A stretch of 64,000 nt of DNA from Octopus sinensis. Lineage: Eukaryota. Where the stretch lies: NCBI RefSeq assembly GCF_006345805.1, contig NC_043017.1:22568001-22632000 (forward strand), read 5' to 3'. Under the pieces are notes generated by a model. It searched no databases. It was given only the letters and a program-made list of their open reading frames with translations, and had not been told where the DNA came from. The translations under genes were made by a program, and so were the position numbers. Positions within the stretch are counted from its first letter, which is position 1. The number at the start of each line of letters is the position of its first letter. Shown here piece after piece: positions 36,621-49,900 of the stretch.

Positions 36621-37783
36621 TATCCTCAGTTATCATTCAAATACCATCAGAAAATTTATATACTTCTATAAAATTAATATATTTATAAAAATATCGATAA
36701 ATTATGCACAGATGTGGTGGTGGTGGTGGTATGATTAAGGTGTTTACTTCCTGACCACAACGTTTTGGTTTCAGTCCTACAGCACAGAACTTATGGAAAT
36801 ATCTCTGCAATGCCAGTTCTACAAAGCATCAGCAAAAAAGAAGAAATAAGAGAGAAAGTGAGAGAAAGAGAGTGCCTGAATGAAAGCTGCAGGAATGGCC
36901 CATATGAAGAGAGACAGCACATACCAAAGAATGTGTTGAAAAACGTAAATTACAGCAATAGAGTAGCAAAAAGAGTTTTTCAACTTGACACAAGTTAATG
37001 CAGAGACTGGTGCACAATGAGGGAAAACTCAAATCAGCTAGCTTTTACCCATGCCCTAAATTCTGGTTCTCATCAATAATAAATTAACCCATAAGGAACA
37101 GAACTAATACAGCCTTGTATTAGTGTCGCTACAAAATGTACACTTTGGTTTCGGTCCTACAATACAGCATTTTATGGAAATGTCTCTGCAATGCCAGTTC
37201 TGCAAATCATTCACAGAAAAAAAAAAAAAGAAAGAAAGAAAGAAAGAAAAAACAGTGCCTGAATGGCATGCAGTAATGAGCTGCTTTAGGACTCCAGTTT
37301 TGAATTTGTTCTCAGGAATTGTCCTTGTAAACCATTCCCAGTCATCAGAAACACAGTCTAGACCAAATATCAAGATAAACAACCCATGCCAGCATGGAAA
37401 ATGGACATTAAACGATGATAATGATGGACAGCTTTGTAGGGAAGGAAATGTAATTTTGTAGTCTTCTTCATTTGGTGCCATGTCCAAAATGTTGGACATA
37501 GACGATCATGTCCAGTCACAATTCTCTGTTCTTTATTTTCTATGACAGTTCTGCTTAACCATGTTTAATGCCTCTTTCTTCCAACCACTACATCAAGCTT
37601 GACATCCTCATCATCTTTCTCCTTCTGCTACTTCTTTTTCCTTCAATCATCCCAGTCATCACTTAATTCTCCGGGCCCTCTTTCCTCATCACATGACCAA
37701 GAAATCTCAGTTCTTTGGCCCTTATCTCACAAAGCAGTCTCCCATTTACCACAGCTTAAGTCATCACTTCTTAGTTAGGTACA

Positions 37784-37995
37784 TTGACCAGTTTAAAACT
37801 GGCCATATCCAGCCCAAATATTCTACCTGTTTTATGTGCAAATTGGTCATATCCAACCTCTCACACCTGTCATTCTAAAAATACACAATCACATCATCAA
37901 GACCATAAAGCTACAAGATAATGAATCGTTAATTCAAAACAATGTGAATAAGAATGCATTACACTTTGACAGATTAATCTGAATGTTAAGCGTTT
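37784..37995. mobile_element. Degenerate piggyBac-type MITE, inverted relative to 56086-56305
   Basis: ccatatccagccc…ctctcacacct…aaaaatacacaatcacatc matches the reverse complement of the 56.1-kb copy. Confidence 0.65.
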
Positions 37996-38037
37996 AGGAG
38001 AATATTGAGGATTTTGTAGTAGTCATGCAAACTAAAG

Positions 38038-38498
38038 TGGAGGCACGTGGCTTAATGGTTAAGGTGTCAGCATCATGATCGTTAGATTGTGGTTTTGATT
38101 CCTGGACCGAGTGACATGTTGTGTTCTTGAGCAAAACACTTCATTTCACGTTGCTCCAGTCCACTCAGCTGGCAAAAATGAGTAATGCTGCAATTTACTG
38201 GCGTCCCGTCCCAGCTGAGGAACACATACGCCATTGAAACCTGGGAAACCGGGCCCATGAGCCTGGCTAGGCTTTAAAAGGGTGCATTTATTCCTATGAT
38301 GGACTGGCGTCCCGTCCAGCTGGGGGGAGCACTTACACCACAGAAACTGGAAAACTGGGCCCATGAGCCTGGCTAGGCTTGAAAGGGTGCATTTATTCCT
38401 ATGATGGACTGGCGTCCTGTCCAGCTGTGGGGAACACATACACAACAGAAACTGGGAAACCGGGCCATGAGCCTGGCTAGGCTTGAAAAGGGCGACGA
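38038..38498 (+). mobile_element. tRNA-headed SINE (MetaSINE/V-SINE-like central domain) with a triplicated 3' module
   Basis: Head tggcttaatggttaagg…; ttgagcaaaacacttc…gtccactcagctg; gatggactggcgtcccgtccag modules near 38197, 38303 and 38408. 13-bp TSD ATGCAAACTAAAG at 38025-38037 and 38499-38511. Superfamily assignment is from remembered similarity. Confidence 0.8.
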
Positions 38499-39946
38499 AT
38501 GCAAACTAAAGGTAGCTGGGTTTTTAGCTTTACTCAGGGAACAACTGCAATAGCTAAATCAAGATTTGAACTTCTAATCATGGGATCAATGAGGTGCAGC
38601 AGCTCCCAACAAGTCATGCAAATAAGATCAGGAAAAGAATGATTCTGCAATAAAGATCAAAGTAATTGGACAGTTACATGTAGTTTGAGGACTTTAAAGT
38701 ACTGACATCAAATCTTGTTCTCACTTGAAAATGAATGAATTGGCAAACACTTTCGAGTGGAAATATCATCAAAACAAAAGCTGTAAGTTGAGTAGAATGG
38801 TTTCTTTAAGAGATACCAGAGCATTCTGTTAGCAGACAAAATGCCTTTTATTTTTCTCATCTGTCATTACTTACAAGGTTTTGTTTTTATTACAAGGCCA
38901 TGTTAATACTAGCTGACATGAAAGCCTGGAAGTACTCCAATATTGTAGAATGTCTTGCTTTCCAAATGAAAGCATTGTAAATTGAAGTGCATCCTGACAA
39001 ATTGCCACATAGCACTTAAACAAAAGATATATGATCGCTAACACCATTAACAAATGCTACAGATATATAAAGAATATATAAAGAGAATCAAGAGACAAGG
39101 AAACAAGCAAGGCCAGATACAGTTTCCAGAAACAAAATTAGAAAATAAAATCTAGCAGTTTCTAAGTTGTCAGCATGAAATAGTAAGAGGAATTTTCCAG
39201 TGTGACCGAGGGATTGGGTATTGTTATGTGATGAAGATAATGTCTAGAAGCTGCTCCCTAAGTCTATGGAATTTCCACAGAGAAAATAAAGTTATATAAT
39301 GGTACCATTATCAAATACGATGGATATCTATTGAATATTTGAAGAAGTAAATGATGTGAATTAAAGAAATTTGGAAGTGGGTCGTAGCAAAATTAGACAC
39401 AAATATATTCAGTAACACATGTTTCAAAGTTACAAGAGATTTTCAGGCGAGACTCAGTCATATATTGAAGCCAGGTTTTAGAGAATGTTTCCTCATGATA
39501 TATTCATCCAACCACTTTTTCTATGTTCTCCATTCACTTTTCCTGCGAAAGTTGTGAGGACAGACTCCTCAGGTGCCTTTTCCATAGGATCCTATAAGAA
39601 GCAACCACCATTAGACTTTTCAGCTGCACTCCTAAGCATTACTAACTGAGACTATGGATATTATCCTTACCATCTCATTCTTCGTCTAACCCTAGGTCTC
39701 CTACCAGTTGACTTGGCTTGAAGGGTTTGTCTTCTGATTCTTCCTCACAACATTCTAATTACTTGTCCATAGCACCAAAGCTGTGACCAGAGAAGCACTA
39801 ATTTCTATTCAATAGTCTACTACTGCCTTCAAGTTCCTCTGGCTGATCATATCAACTTATGTATTTATTTTATTCTGATATTTACCAGATCAATCTTTAT
39901 TCTATTGAGCGACTAAGTGAAATGTTCTGGCTTTATATTCTTTAGC

Positions 39947-40216
39947 CTTTACTTGTTTCAATCATTAGACTGCAATCATGCTGGGGAACCACCTTGAAGA
40001 ATTCATAGTTAATTGAAGAATTCATTGACCCCAGTTCTTATATTTTTCAGCCTGGTACTTATCCTATCAGTCTCTTTTGCTGAACCGCTAAGTTACGGAG
40101 ACATAAACACACCAATACCAGTTGCTAAGTGGTGGTGAGGGACAAACACAGACATGAAGACGCACACTCTCATGCACACATAATTATATATATACACAAC
40201 AGGCTTCTTTCAGTTT
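39947..40216 (-). mobile_element. SINE-A 3' half, diverged
   Basis: ctttacttgtttcaatc…aggcttctttcagtttc. Confidence 0.8.
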
Positions 40217-40240
40217 CTTTCTATCTAAATAGACAGTTTC

Positions 40241-40278
<38 letters not shown>

Positions 40279-40281
40279 CTT

Positions 40282-40664
40282 TTGGAAGCACTCCGTCGGT
40301 TACGACGATGAGGGTTCCGGTTGATCCGAATCAACGGAACAGCCTGCTCGTGAAATTAACGTGTAAGTGGCTGAGCACTCCACAGACACGTGTACCCTTA
40401 ACATAGTTCTCGGGGATATTCAGCGTGACACAGAGAGTGACAAGGCCGGCCCTTTGAAATACAGGTACAACAGAAACAGGAAGTAAGAGTGAGGGAAAGT
40501 TGTGGTGAAAGAGTACAGCAGGGATCACCACCATCCCTGCCGGAGCCTCGTGGAGCTTTTAGGTGTTTTCACTCAATAAACACTCACAATGCCCGGTCTG
40601 GGAATCGAAACCGCGATCCTACGACCGCGAGTCCGCTGCCCTAACCACTGGGCCATTGCGCCTC

Positions 40665-40667
<3 letters not shown>
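40282..40667 (-). mobile_element. Young tRNA-derived SINE (family D)
   Basis: Minus-strand head ggcgcaatggcccagtggttagggcagcggactcgcggtcgtaggatcgcggtttcgattccc has A and B boxes; CpG-rich body; single full copy in the window. Confidence 0.8.
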
Positions 40668-40702
<35 letters not shown>

Positions 40703-40705
<3 letters not shown>

Positions 40706-40823
40706 TCATCATCATCATCGTTTAACATCCGTTCTCCATGCTAGCATGGGTTGGACGGTTCGACCGGGATCTGGGAAGCCAGAAGGCTGCACCAGGCTCC
40801 TGTTTGATCTGGCAGTGTTTCTA
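40703..40823 (-). mobile_element. Element C 3' end
   Basis: tcatcatcatcatcatcgtttaacatccg…ggcagtgtttcta. Confidence 0.85.
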
Positions 40824-41149
40824 TATGTATATGTATGTGTGGTGGGGTGATGGACTCTGCCATCGAAGTTGATGTATGAGTGTTCAGTGTTTGCTGAATG
40901 ACCTGCACAAATGATTTGTTTATAGTGATCAAATATTCATAACACATATTTGTTCACTCTCTCCATCAAATCGACTTTGTCTGAACAGGGGCCATCCCAT
41001 GGTCATTCACGACCAAAGGGGCTCTTTACCTTTTTTTTTACACAAGTGGAGATAATCTATTATAATCCAAAACAGTAGTTTTTAATATTTCATGTAATAC
41101 ATAAAACACAAGGAAATGATTACTTATTTAACACTTTGGAAGAACATGT

Positions 41150-42440
41150 CTTCCTCTGAACAAGTTCAGGAGGCAAATAGAAGGCAATGGTGCAACATGG
41201 CAGCAGGGTACAATTGCATCCAAGCAGAATACTAGAGAAGTGTTCATAAAAACAACACAGCTGAACACTTACTGGAAGCTACTACATATCTTGGAACAAC
41301 TAAAATAGTTTTTGATGTGTTTAGTTCCAACTCTTATTGGTAAGAATTACTTGAAAATGACAAATTTTTATCTATATGACATATATTAAAACCCAGGTGA
41401 TCTGATACACTTAGAAGTATCGAACATTTTATATCATACCTTACCAACATTTGGTCAGAATTGCAAGACCTTTTAGAGCTTAACAGCCAAGACAAAGAGT
41501 GAAGGGAATGGAATATTAGCATACCTAAAATGTTGTGTGTGTGTATGCACTTAATGTCAGCTGTTTAGCATAAAGTATTGGCTGCAGTATGTGTATATGT
41601 GTTGAGATAAATTAAATTAAGCCAGAAATTTTACATTGGATGTGGAGGTACTTAATTGTGAAATTCTTCTTGGAGACTTGACGAAGTTACAAAAGCAATG
41701 GAAAAGCATCTGGAATGAACCCAAAGAAATGGTACCAGCTCTTGTGATGGAAATCAAATGTTCCCTGGGTCAGACAGGCTTAAACTGAAAATGAAGAAGG
41801 GTGCACAATGACAAAATACCTGATGCCAACCTGGGGGGAATGTCTGACAGAGATGATTCACTAGAAGAGACAGTCTTCAGAAAAGACCGATCAACTGTAT
41901 GTGTTAATGCAGTTGGTTGAAAATTTTGATTTCCTGTGAAAATATTCCATGATGTATGAAAATTAATTAGATTAAAAATAAAAATAAAATTAAAATGTGA
42001 GCACACCAAAATCCCACTGACTTTAATTGATGATGATTTTGAAACAAAAAATGCTATGTTTATTGTCAATACAAAAGCCAAATTTTGGAATACCAGATAT
42101 CAGCCCTTTAAAATCATAAAATTTATCCAATGGTTATCAACTTTCTGTCAGCAATTTCTAGGTTTTTTGTGCTAGTTTGAGAATATTGTCTACAATATTG
42201 AAATATAATTGTTCTTTGTTTTTATTTCTAGGTCTATCATGTCATGAAGTCAACTTGAGGATTTAGCAAGACTGAATATTGAATCAAGTGTTACAAGAGA
42301 AATTGATTATGATAATGTTATTAGAAATTTTGCAGATAAAAAATACCAGAAAAGCTCATTTCATTAGCAGATTAGGCTTATCATTGTTCTGTATATAAAG
42401 TATATTGTTATCTGGTCATTCTGGTGCGCTGGGAATAAAG
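41150..42440 (+). pseudogene. Decayed hAT (ZMYM1-like) transposase
   Basis: C-terminal frame RSIMS*SQLEDLARLNIESSVTREIDYDNVIRNFADKK (42230-42367) matches the hAT dimerisation-domain pattern (RSTM…RL..LA.L.IE…DY..VI..FA.KK). Upstream pieces QWKSIWNEPKEM and DQLY…ENFDFL fit. Stops and frameshifts throughout. Confidence 0.75.
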
Positions 42441-42788
42441 TATTTATGAAAGTTTACCAGTGGTCATATTTCAGATAGCCAGAGATTAGCCATCATGTTC
42501 AATTATGCTTTCATAATCTTACATTAAAAACTGTCGGCTTTGTTCACACTTTATCGTAACTATATTCTTTCTACAAAGAAACGGAAACTACAACCTGGAA
42601 AAATATCAATTTTCAGACAATCTCTCACCCTACTCACCTTAACCACCCATGATCTGAATACAGTCTTGCTTTGCATTCCAAAATTGCTCTTGGAGGTCAT
42701 GAATAAGCAAAGGAAAGAGTGTGTGTGTGTGTGTGTGTGTGTGTGCTCTCTTACATTCATACATACACTCATTTATTTATTTATATAT

Positions 42789-43202
42789 AGGCGTAGGAGT
42801 GGCTATGTGGTAAGTTGCTTGCTTACCAATCACATGGTTTCGGGTTCATTCCCACTGCGTGGCACCTTGGGCAAGTGTCTTCTACTATAGCCTCGGGCCG
42901 ATCAAAGCCTTGTGAGTGGATTTGGTAGATGGAAACTGAAAGAAGCCCGTCGTATATATGTATATATATATATATGTATGTGTGTGTATACGTTTGCGTG
43001 TCTCTGTTTGTCCCACCAACATCGCTTGACAACCGATGCTGATGTGTTTACGTCCCCGTAACTTAGCGGTTCGGTAAAAGGAGCCCGATAGAATAAGTAC
43101 TAGGCTTACAATGAATAAGTCCTGGGGTCGATTTGCTTGACTAAAGGCTGTGCTCCAGCATGGCTGCAGTCAAATGACTGAAACAAGTAAAAGAGTAAAA
43201 GA
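42789..43202 (+). mobile_element. SINE-A, full length
   Basis: aggcgtaggagtggctatgtgg…gaaacaagtaaaagagtaaaag. Confidence 0.9.
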
Positions 43203-43348
43203 AAGAGAGAGAGAATATGTATTAATTTGCAGCTGATCACCCGGAGTTTCTTGTTAGATGCAATATCTCAGGCAACAAAAGATAACTGTTTGTTATAGAA
43301 TTTCTTCGATGGTATCAGAAAGTTTTGTAAAGTAAGTGAATAAATATT

Positions 43349-43567
43349 TATTTCATTACTGCTCACAGGGGGTTAAACATAGCGGGGACAAACAAGGACA
43401 GACAAAGGCATTAAGTCAATTACATCGACCCCAGTGCCAAACTGCTACTTATTTAATCCACCTTGAAAGGATGAAAGGTAAAGTCAACCTTGGTGGGATT
43501 TGAACTCAGAACGTAACACAGACGAAATACTGCTAAGCATTTTACCCAGCATGCTAACAATTCTGCC
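43349..43567 (-). mobile_element. SINE-B with 14-bp TSD
   Basis: TSD AGTGAATAAATATT at 43335-43348 and 43568-43581. Confidence 0.9.
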
Positions 43568-43824
43568 AGTGAATAAATATTGCTCCCTTTTCAATTTTGA
43601 GTTCATTGTGTGAAGGAACCACATCTGAGCAAGATATATAAATTAGTGTAGGAAAGTAGCTGTGTAAGATTAATGAATAAGGCCAGCTTATTGTAGAATT
43701 CATTTAATAATCTTTTGCCATCTGAAGTATTGTAATTGGAAGGAAACTTTAAGAAGCAATTAAAGAAGCATCGAGCTCAGATGAATAAATTAAATATACT
43801 CTGTTACAGGTACTGAGTACTTCC

Positions 43825-43929
43825 TTGGTTGGTTGGTTGGTTGGTTGGTTGGTTGGTTGGTTGGTTGGTTGTTGGATGGATGGATGGGTGGATGGATGGA
43901 TGGATAGCGGGGTGGCTGGCTGGCTGGCT

Positions 43930-43980
<51 letters not shown>

Positions 43981-44062
43981 GGATGGATGGATGATTAACT
44001 GGACAGACAGACAAGCAGACAGATAGACAGACAAACAGACTGATAGATAGATAGACAGACAA
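43825..44062 (+). repeat. Compound tetranucleotide microsatellite (TTGG/TGGA/TGGC/GATA/GGAT/GACA)
   Basis: Directly visible. Confidence 0.95.
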
Positions 44063-45239
44063 GCAGCCTTAGAGAGATATCAATTCTAGCAGGAAAACCT
44101 AAAAACAAAAATTATTTATAATTTGAAAAGAAAAATCAATATAAAAAGAAAGCACAGCTTTCATATATTTAAGTGTAACCATCTAGAAAGATATCCTCCT
44201 CAATGCTTGTTTATGAGCATTTATTCAGGGGCAGGGGTGGGGTACTATATTTTCAAAACTATTGCTTTCTTCTTTTTAAGTTTAGGATGCAATGAAATAT
44301 ATTATTCAAGCGGTGCTGGAACCAATTCTCACCAGTATAGAGATTAACATAAATACAACTGGTAATAAATTGATCTCTTTTGATACTGGGATTAGAAGGG
44401 GATTTACTAAATATGATTAGGGGAAACAAGAGATTTAAAAATTGTCAAAACAAAAATAACTGACAGGTTCGGGTTGAAGAAATGCTGAAATCTCTTAATA
44501 GTAACTCATTCATTTCATGTTGAAAAGCTTCCAGCACATTAAATTCATGTAAATCCCAACTATCTAATTCGACAAAAATATTTCGAAACACAAACGGAAA
44601 GATTATCCCAAATAACTTTATTTAACATATTTAAATCAGATTTATGGCAGTAATCAACATTATAATTGACAATGTAAATAAGTTTCGGATTTTAAAAAGC
44701 AATAAACAGAGAAGTTGAAGTTTTAAAGATAAAAGCTCAAAAGAAATTTATTCTGTGTTCAGGAAAAAAAAAAAATTAATGCTGTTTATTTATCATCATC
44801 ATCATCATTTATTTATTCATTTATCTATTTATTTATTTATTTATTTATTTATTTATTTGAAATAGTTATTATGGGATTCCAGATTGCTCTCTGCAGTTTG
44901 TCAGTCTATAAATCAATTCGTGCTTTGAGAAAGTCTAAGTTGTAAAGTTAATTCATAATGTGATCTGATATGTGATATATTAGGATGCTTTGGTTTATAA
45001 TGATGAAAAGGAAAAACAAATGGTTATAGCATGACACCAACAAGGTAACAAGAAAAATAAAATTTAAAAACGAAATTTATTATGCTATTAGCTGTACAAA
45101 ATGAAAATTTGTTCAACAACCTAAAGTTAAGTTTGAAATATTCTTAAAAATTTGTAAAAAACATAGACCCTAATTTTATATTTCCCCCAATCATTTTCAG
45201 TTTTCCCTTTTTATATGTGTTAACAACAGCTATACATCT

Positions 45240-45374
45240 ACTCCACCGAGGTCAACTTTGCCTTTCATCCTTTTGGGGTCGACAAATTAAGTACTGGATG
45301 CATACTGGGGTCGACCCAATTGACTATCTCCCTCCCACAAAATTTCGGGCTTTGTGCCTAAAGCAGAAAAGAAT
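45240..45374 (+). mobile_element. 5'-truncated SINE-B with 12-bp TSD
   Basis: TSD AGCTATACATCT at 45228-45239 and 45375-45386. Confidence 0.9.
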
Positions 45375-48301
45375 AGCTATACATCTGACAATAGCTACCC
45401 CTATTGGTCAAGTGCTCTGAGTGTCTGACAACATTTCAGATGCCAGGGACCCAGTCTTGGTCTTCACCAAACTCAGCACTACAGTTCTGTTAAAGAGATG
45501 AACAGTGGGAGAACTTGCTTTGCAAATAATGAAACCACAACCAGGAATTGCAGTAGGTGATGTAGTCTCAGTGAATGTCTTGGCAACATCAGCATCAGCT
45601 ATAATATGTATCAAGCTTTCCATGCAAAGGGTGTTGGCAGCAGATGGACCCTTTGTCCACTGAAAAGTGTACAAAGAGCAAAAGAACAGAATGCTCTAGA
45701 ATGGTCTGATGAAAACTGAAATAAGTCACAATGGTCAGGAGTAATAAATGACAGAGATAATGTATTCACTTGCTACCTCTGCCTTTTCAGATACTAAGTG
45801 CAACGATTATTTATTTTCTAACATAAAAACAGGATAAATTTTGTGGGAAAGCATATTTGAACCAATCCACTCCAGCAAACTGTCTCATTCTTATTTTATC
45901 AAGTCAAGAAGAATGAGAAACAGAGTCACTTTGGGCAGGATTTGAAGTAGAATGTAAAGAAACATCAGAGAGTTCGACTATTTTGCTTAACACTCAATTA
46001 ATTGTCATCCTTCACTGTACGACTTTGATGTCTAGCAACAGACACATCGTTTCAAATTTTGGAGAAGAGATCAAATCAGTCAAAGGGACCCCATGACTTC
46101 TTAGGTACATTAAGTTCTCAAACATGAAGAGATGAAAGGCAAAGTGAATTCAGTGAGATTTGAACTCAGAAAGCAAACTAAGTACTGTTAGACATTTTAT
46201 CTGGTGGTCAATAATGATAATGATAATTGTACATGTATAACCAGCTGCAGGTATTTTAACTGTTTTAAAGGAAAAACAATCTGAAAGGATACCTTATATT
46301 AAAAGATAAAGAAAATCACTGTTTTGTATTCAAAGACAGTAGCTAAGTTATTCAAACTAATACAAATACAATTTGGCACAGAACAGGTCATTAAATGGAC
46401 ATGCCAAAACAAGATAACCCAAGCGTTCATTTTCAATCAGTTTTCTTTTATTGAGTTTATCATCTACAGGCAGACAGACATTTTATTACATGATACCATC
46501 CATATCGTATACTTTTGAAATCCTTTCATCCTCGCCATTGCATTACATGCTACAAACATCCATATCTAATTTGCGACTGACAACTGCAGATGAAGACATC
46601 TATGTAAAACCTTAACAATATTATCTTTAACAGGAAGACAAATTGGACTTACACCAGTTCTCCCATGTTCGAGTTAATTATTCAATATTTTAAATGGTTG
46701 CCTAAGAGTCTTTATAAACTTACCTAATCCATTACTATGTGAACAGTGAAATGAAAGAACTTCAAAAGATACTTTAAACGATAAACTGATGTTGATGTAT
46801 TCAGTCCAATTATGTTTATAAACAAGTTTAATCTATTTAAGCAGCTAAGTTTTTACACTGAGTTATCAATACTTCAGGCTATCTGCACACTGACTGCATT
46901 TAGTCAGAGTCTTCTATCATAATTCCATTTACATCTAAAATGCTTTATTGAATGAATATTAAATAGATCCAAGTACTTCATTGGTATCTTATTTAACCAA
47001 TTACAGTCGGATGAAAAGCAAAGTTGACAGTGGGATTTGAACTTAGAACATAAAGGTCAATAATTAAATACTGCAGATACTTCATCCAAGACTCGAAAGA
47101 TTCTGCCAATTACACCTTGCATTTGAGAAATGTTAGAAACAACAGATTTATTTCCCAGACAAACAACTTATGCTTACGGATAGCAATTATCAATTTTTAG
47201 CCTGTTTACTGGCACCATATGCACAAAATACCTTGAAACACTTAATTTACTTTAAAATAATCTGGCAAACTCAGATTTAGTGAATAAGTACATTTTATTG
47301 TGTATAATGAACTTCTGTTTTTCCACTAATTTATGCAATTAACAGTAGGAGCTGCAGTGGAACTGTATTATCCAGGTCACAGTTAGTGTGAAAAAAAATG
47401 TTGATACAATATGATAAATGTTTAAATGAATTTAACAGTTTTTGGGTGTTTTTGAATGGCTAATGTGTGTGCTTTCAACACTGTAACTGCAACAGTGGCA
47501 TAGCTTTTTAGAAATCTCTCTTTCATAATAGAATTTTCCACTGGAGAAGATATGTAGAAATTGAATGAGCTGTATGAGATGGGACAACTTCAGTAAGTAA
47601 GATAACATATTCTCTCTCAAATGAGACTTATTTTTGTTGGGTTATTTTTAAATAGATTAAGATTCTACAATATATTTAAGTCAGCTAACAGGTGCTCTAA
47701 ATAAAACTAATTTAAATGCTTAAATTGCTAATTATTCTTACTAATTCTGAAAATGGTACAATTAGAAGTTTGTTTACTTTCATTCTGTTCTTGAACCCTG
47801 AGCAATTAATTCAGAGATAAGTTTATTACTTATTATGCACACAAAGCTCATTCCTTAACACCCAAAAAGCACAGTTGATGGTGTCATATAAAACTCTGGT
47901 GCTGGTTCCACTCAAAATGCACTGGTGTTGGTGCCACATAAAAAGCACTCAGTACACTTTTTTTTTATTAAAAGTATTCTTTTCAACTGTCTACAAACAG
48001 CCAGGCTGAAAGAATTAATGCATTCTTCCAGGAGTGAATAAAAAATTCTCAAACTTGAGAAGATGGGCCCCTTAGATATTAACAAGGGCCTCCATTTATG
48101 GATTCTAATTGTGAAGGAGCCTACTTGCCATCGGGCATGCTAGCAACCTGGTCAATCCACCTCTGATCATAAGAGAGACACATAGTAGGTCCGTAAAACA
48201 AGCATATAACAAATGCAAAAAAAAATAGGAGAAAATGCATTCGGATATTTGTCCAAATGGCAGGAACAAACTAATTTGCAAAGAATCATTATTGTTTAGA
48301 C

Positions 48302-48679
48302 CAGTTTTTCCCAACCTATTTTCCCCAGGCCCCACTATAGCTATCTAGAAAAATGTATGCCCCATCAGCAGGTGGGAAAAAATAACTTTATTTTTAATAT
48401 TTCATAATTATAATAAGTTCCTTAGAGAAATATCCACACTAAGGCGTTAGAATAGCACTATACTGTAACAACCAGTTTTCACACAGTATGCTTGGCTGGA
48501 GGGATCGGTTTGGCTAGGCTGAGTATAGGTGTAGTATGCTTGCTGTGAAAAAAGGATTCTCACAATTCCAGGTCCCCCTAAAAGAAAAAGGAAAAAAAGA
48601 AAATATTTTGAGCCCCACACCCCACCACAATTTTCCCAAGCCTCACCAGTGAAGCATATTTCCACATTGAGAATCACTG
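48302..48679. mobile_element. hAT-type MITE
   Basis: cagtttttcccaacc … ttgagaatcactg; TSD gtttagac / gtctagac (7 of 8 match). Confidence 0.75.
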
Positions 48680-49199
48680 GTCTAGACTATGGTAGTAGGG
48701 AATCCCTCTATAAGCAAAATTTCAGCAGTATTCAAACTAGAAGCTGTTTCCTGCTTCCTGGCAGTTCACTGAAAATTGGAGAAGATTATAAATAAATATA
48801 TAAAAATAAAATAAGTGAAAAATAAATTAATGGTTAATAACAAAATACTATCATAACTTAATATAACGTGCTTTGAAACCCATAAAGCATAAGCAAATTT
48901 CTGTTAACAACAACACTGTTATTGTAACATTAATCAAGAGTAGGAATGCATAAGAATTTATGGCCTAATAATATTCCCACCCTTATTGCAGTCAATTAAC
49001 ATTTGGTGCTTCATTTGTCTATTTTTTATTAAAGATTTTAAATCAATATTGCTAGGTTCAATGGCTAGTTCTAACAATGAAAGAGAATTGCTGGCTATAG
49101 GTCTTTGTTCGATTAAAAATGAACGGATAATTATTTTCACATCAAATTAAAAGGAAAACGTGTGTCTTATTTGTAAAGATTAAGTTGCAGTTCATAAAA

Positions 49200-49900
49200 A
49201 GTACAATTTTGAATGTCAGTCTTTGACCAAATATTGGGAGTACAAAAAAGCAAAAAAGTGGAAAAAGACTCTCTGCATTGAGACAGGATAACATTTTTAA
49301 AAGAATCTTTATGCAAACACCAATCCGTTTTCAAAAGACATGCATGCTATGAATGTGTGAGCTGATTGCAAATAAAGTGGAAGCACACACCAAAGGCAAG
49401 TTTATTGAAGAGGATAAATTTTTGCTACAGAAAATGTCAAATTGTTTGAGAATATTATTTTATCATGGAAAATAGTTTCTGGCTGTGAAAAAAGACATGA
49501 CTAATGATATCCAAATATCATTGGAGGAAGTAACATCAGAACATGTTCTGTCCAATAGCTAGAGACAAGAGACATAACAGACACAGCCCACTTGGTTTAT
49601 TTGAACATAGAACTACGGCAAAAGTTTTAATAAGAAATAATTCACATGCTTTCAAATCGATCTATAGAATTACAAGGACTTTTAGAACTTTATTGGTCCA
49701 CACTAAGCAGTATGATTAAAGACAATATAACCTCTATTCTGTGGTATGATCTCAAAAATAACTCGTATGAAATCTGTAGTAAATGGAGTACCACAAGACT
49801 GTTCACAGTTTTATTTTATTTATCATGTTATCAGATATAAGGAGCAAAGTATATGGCACCAAAAACACCATAAACAAGAACTAAAGTGCAATTTAATATA
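49200..49900 (+). pseudogene. Possible decayed hAT (Buster/SPIN-like) transposase fragment
   Basis: ELIANKVEAHTKGKFIEE resembles the 'xIAKxxKPxTxGExI' motif of this group; the rest is heavily disrupted. Weak inference. Confidence 0.35.

Noticed and set aside
40590-40667. tRNA gene candidates (heads at 40.6, 38.0, 32.9 kb and all SINE-A/B heads)
   Set aside because: A and B boxes are present, but I cannot fold a proper cloverleaf, and each continues into a SINE body rather than a Pol III terminator.
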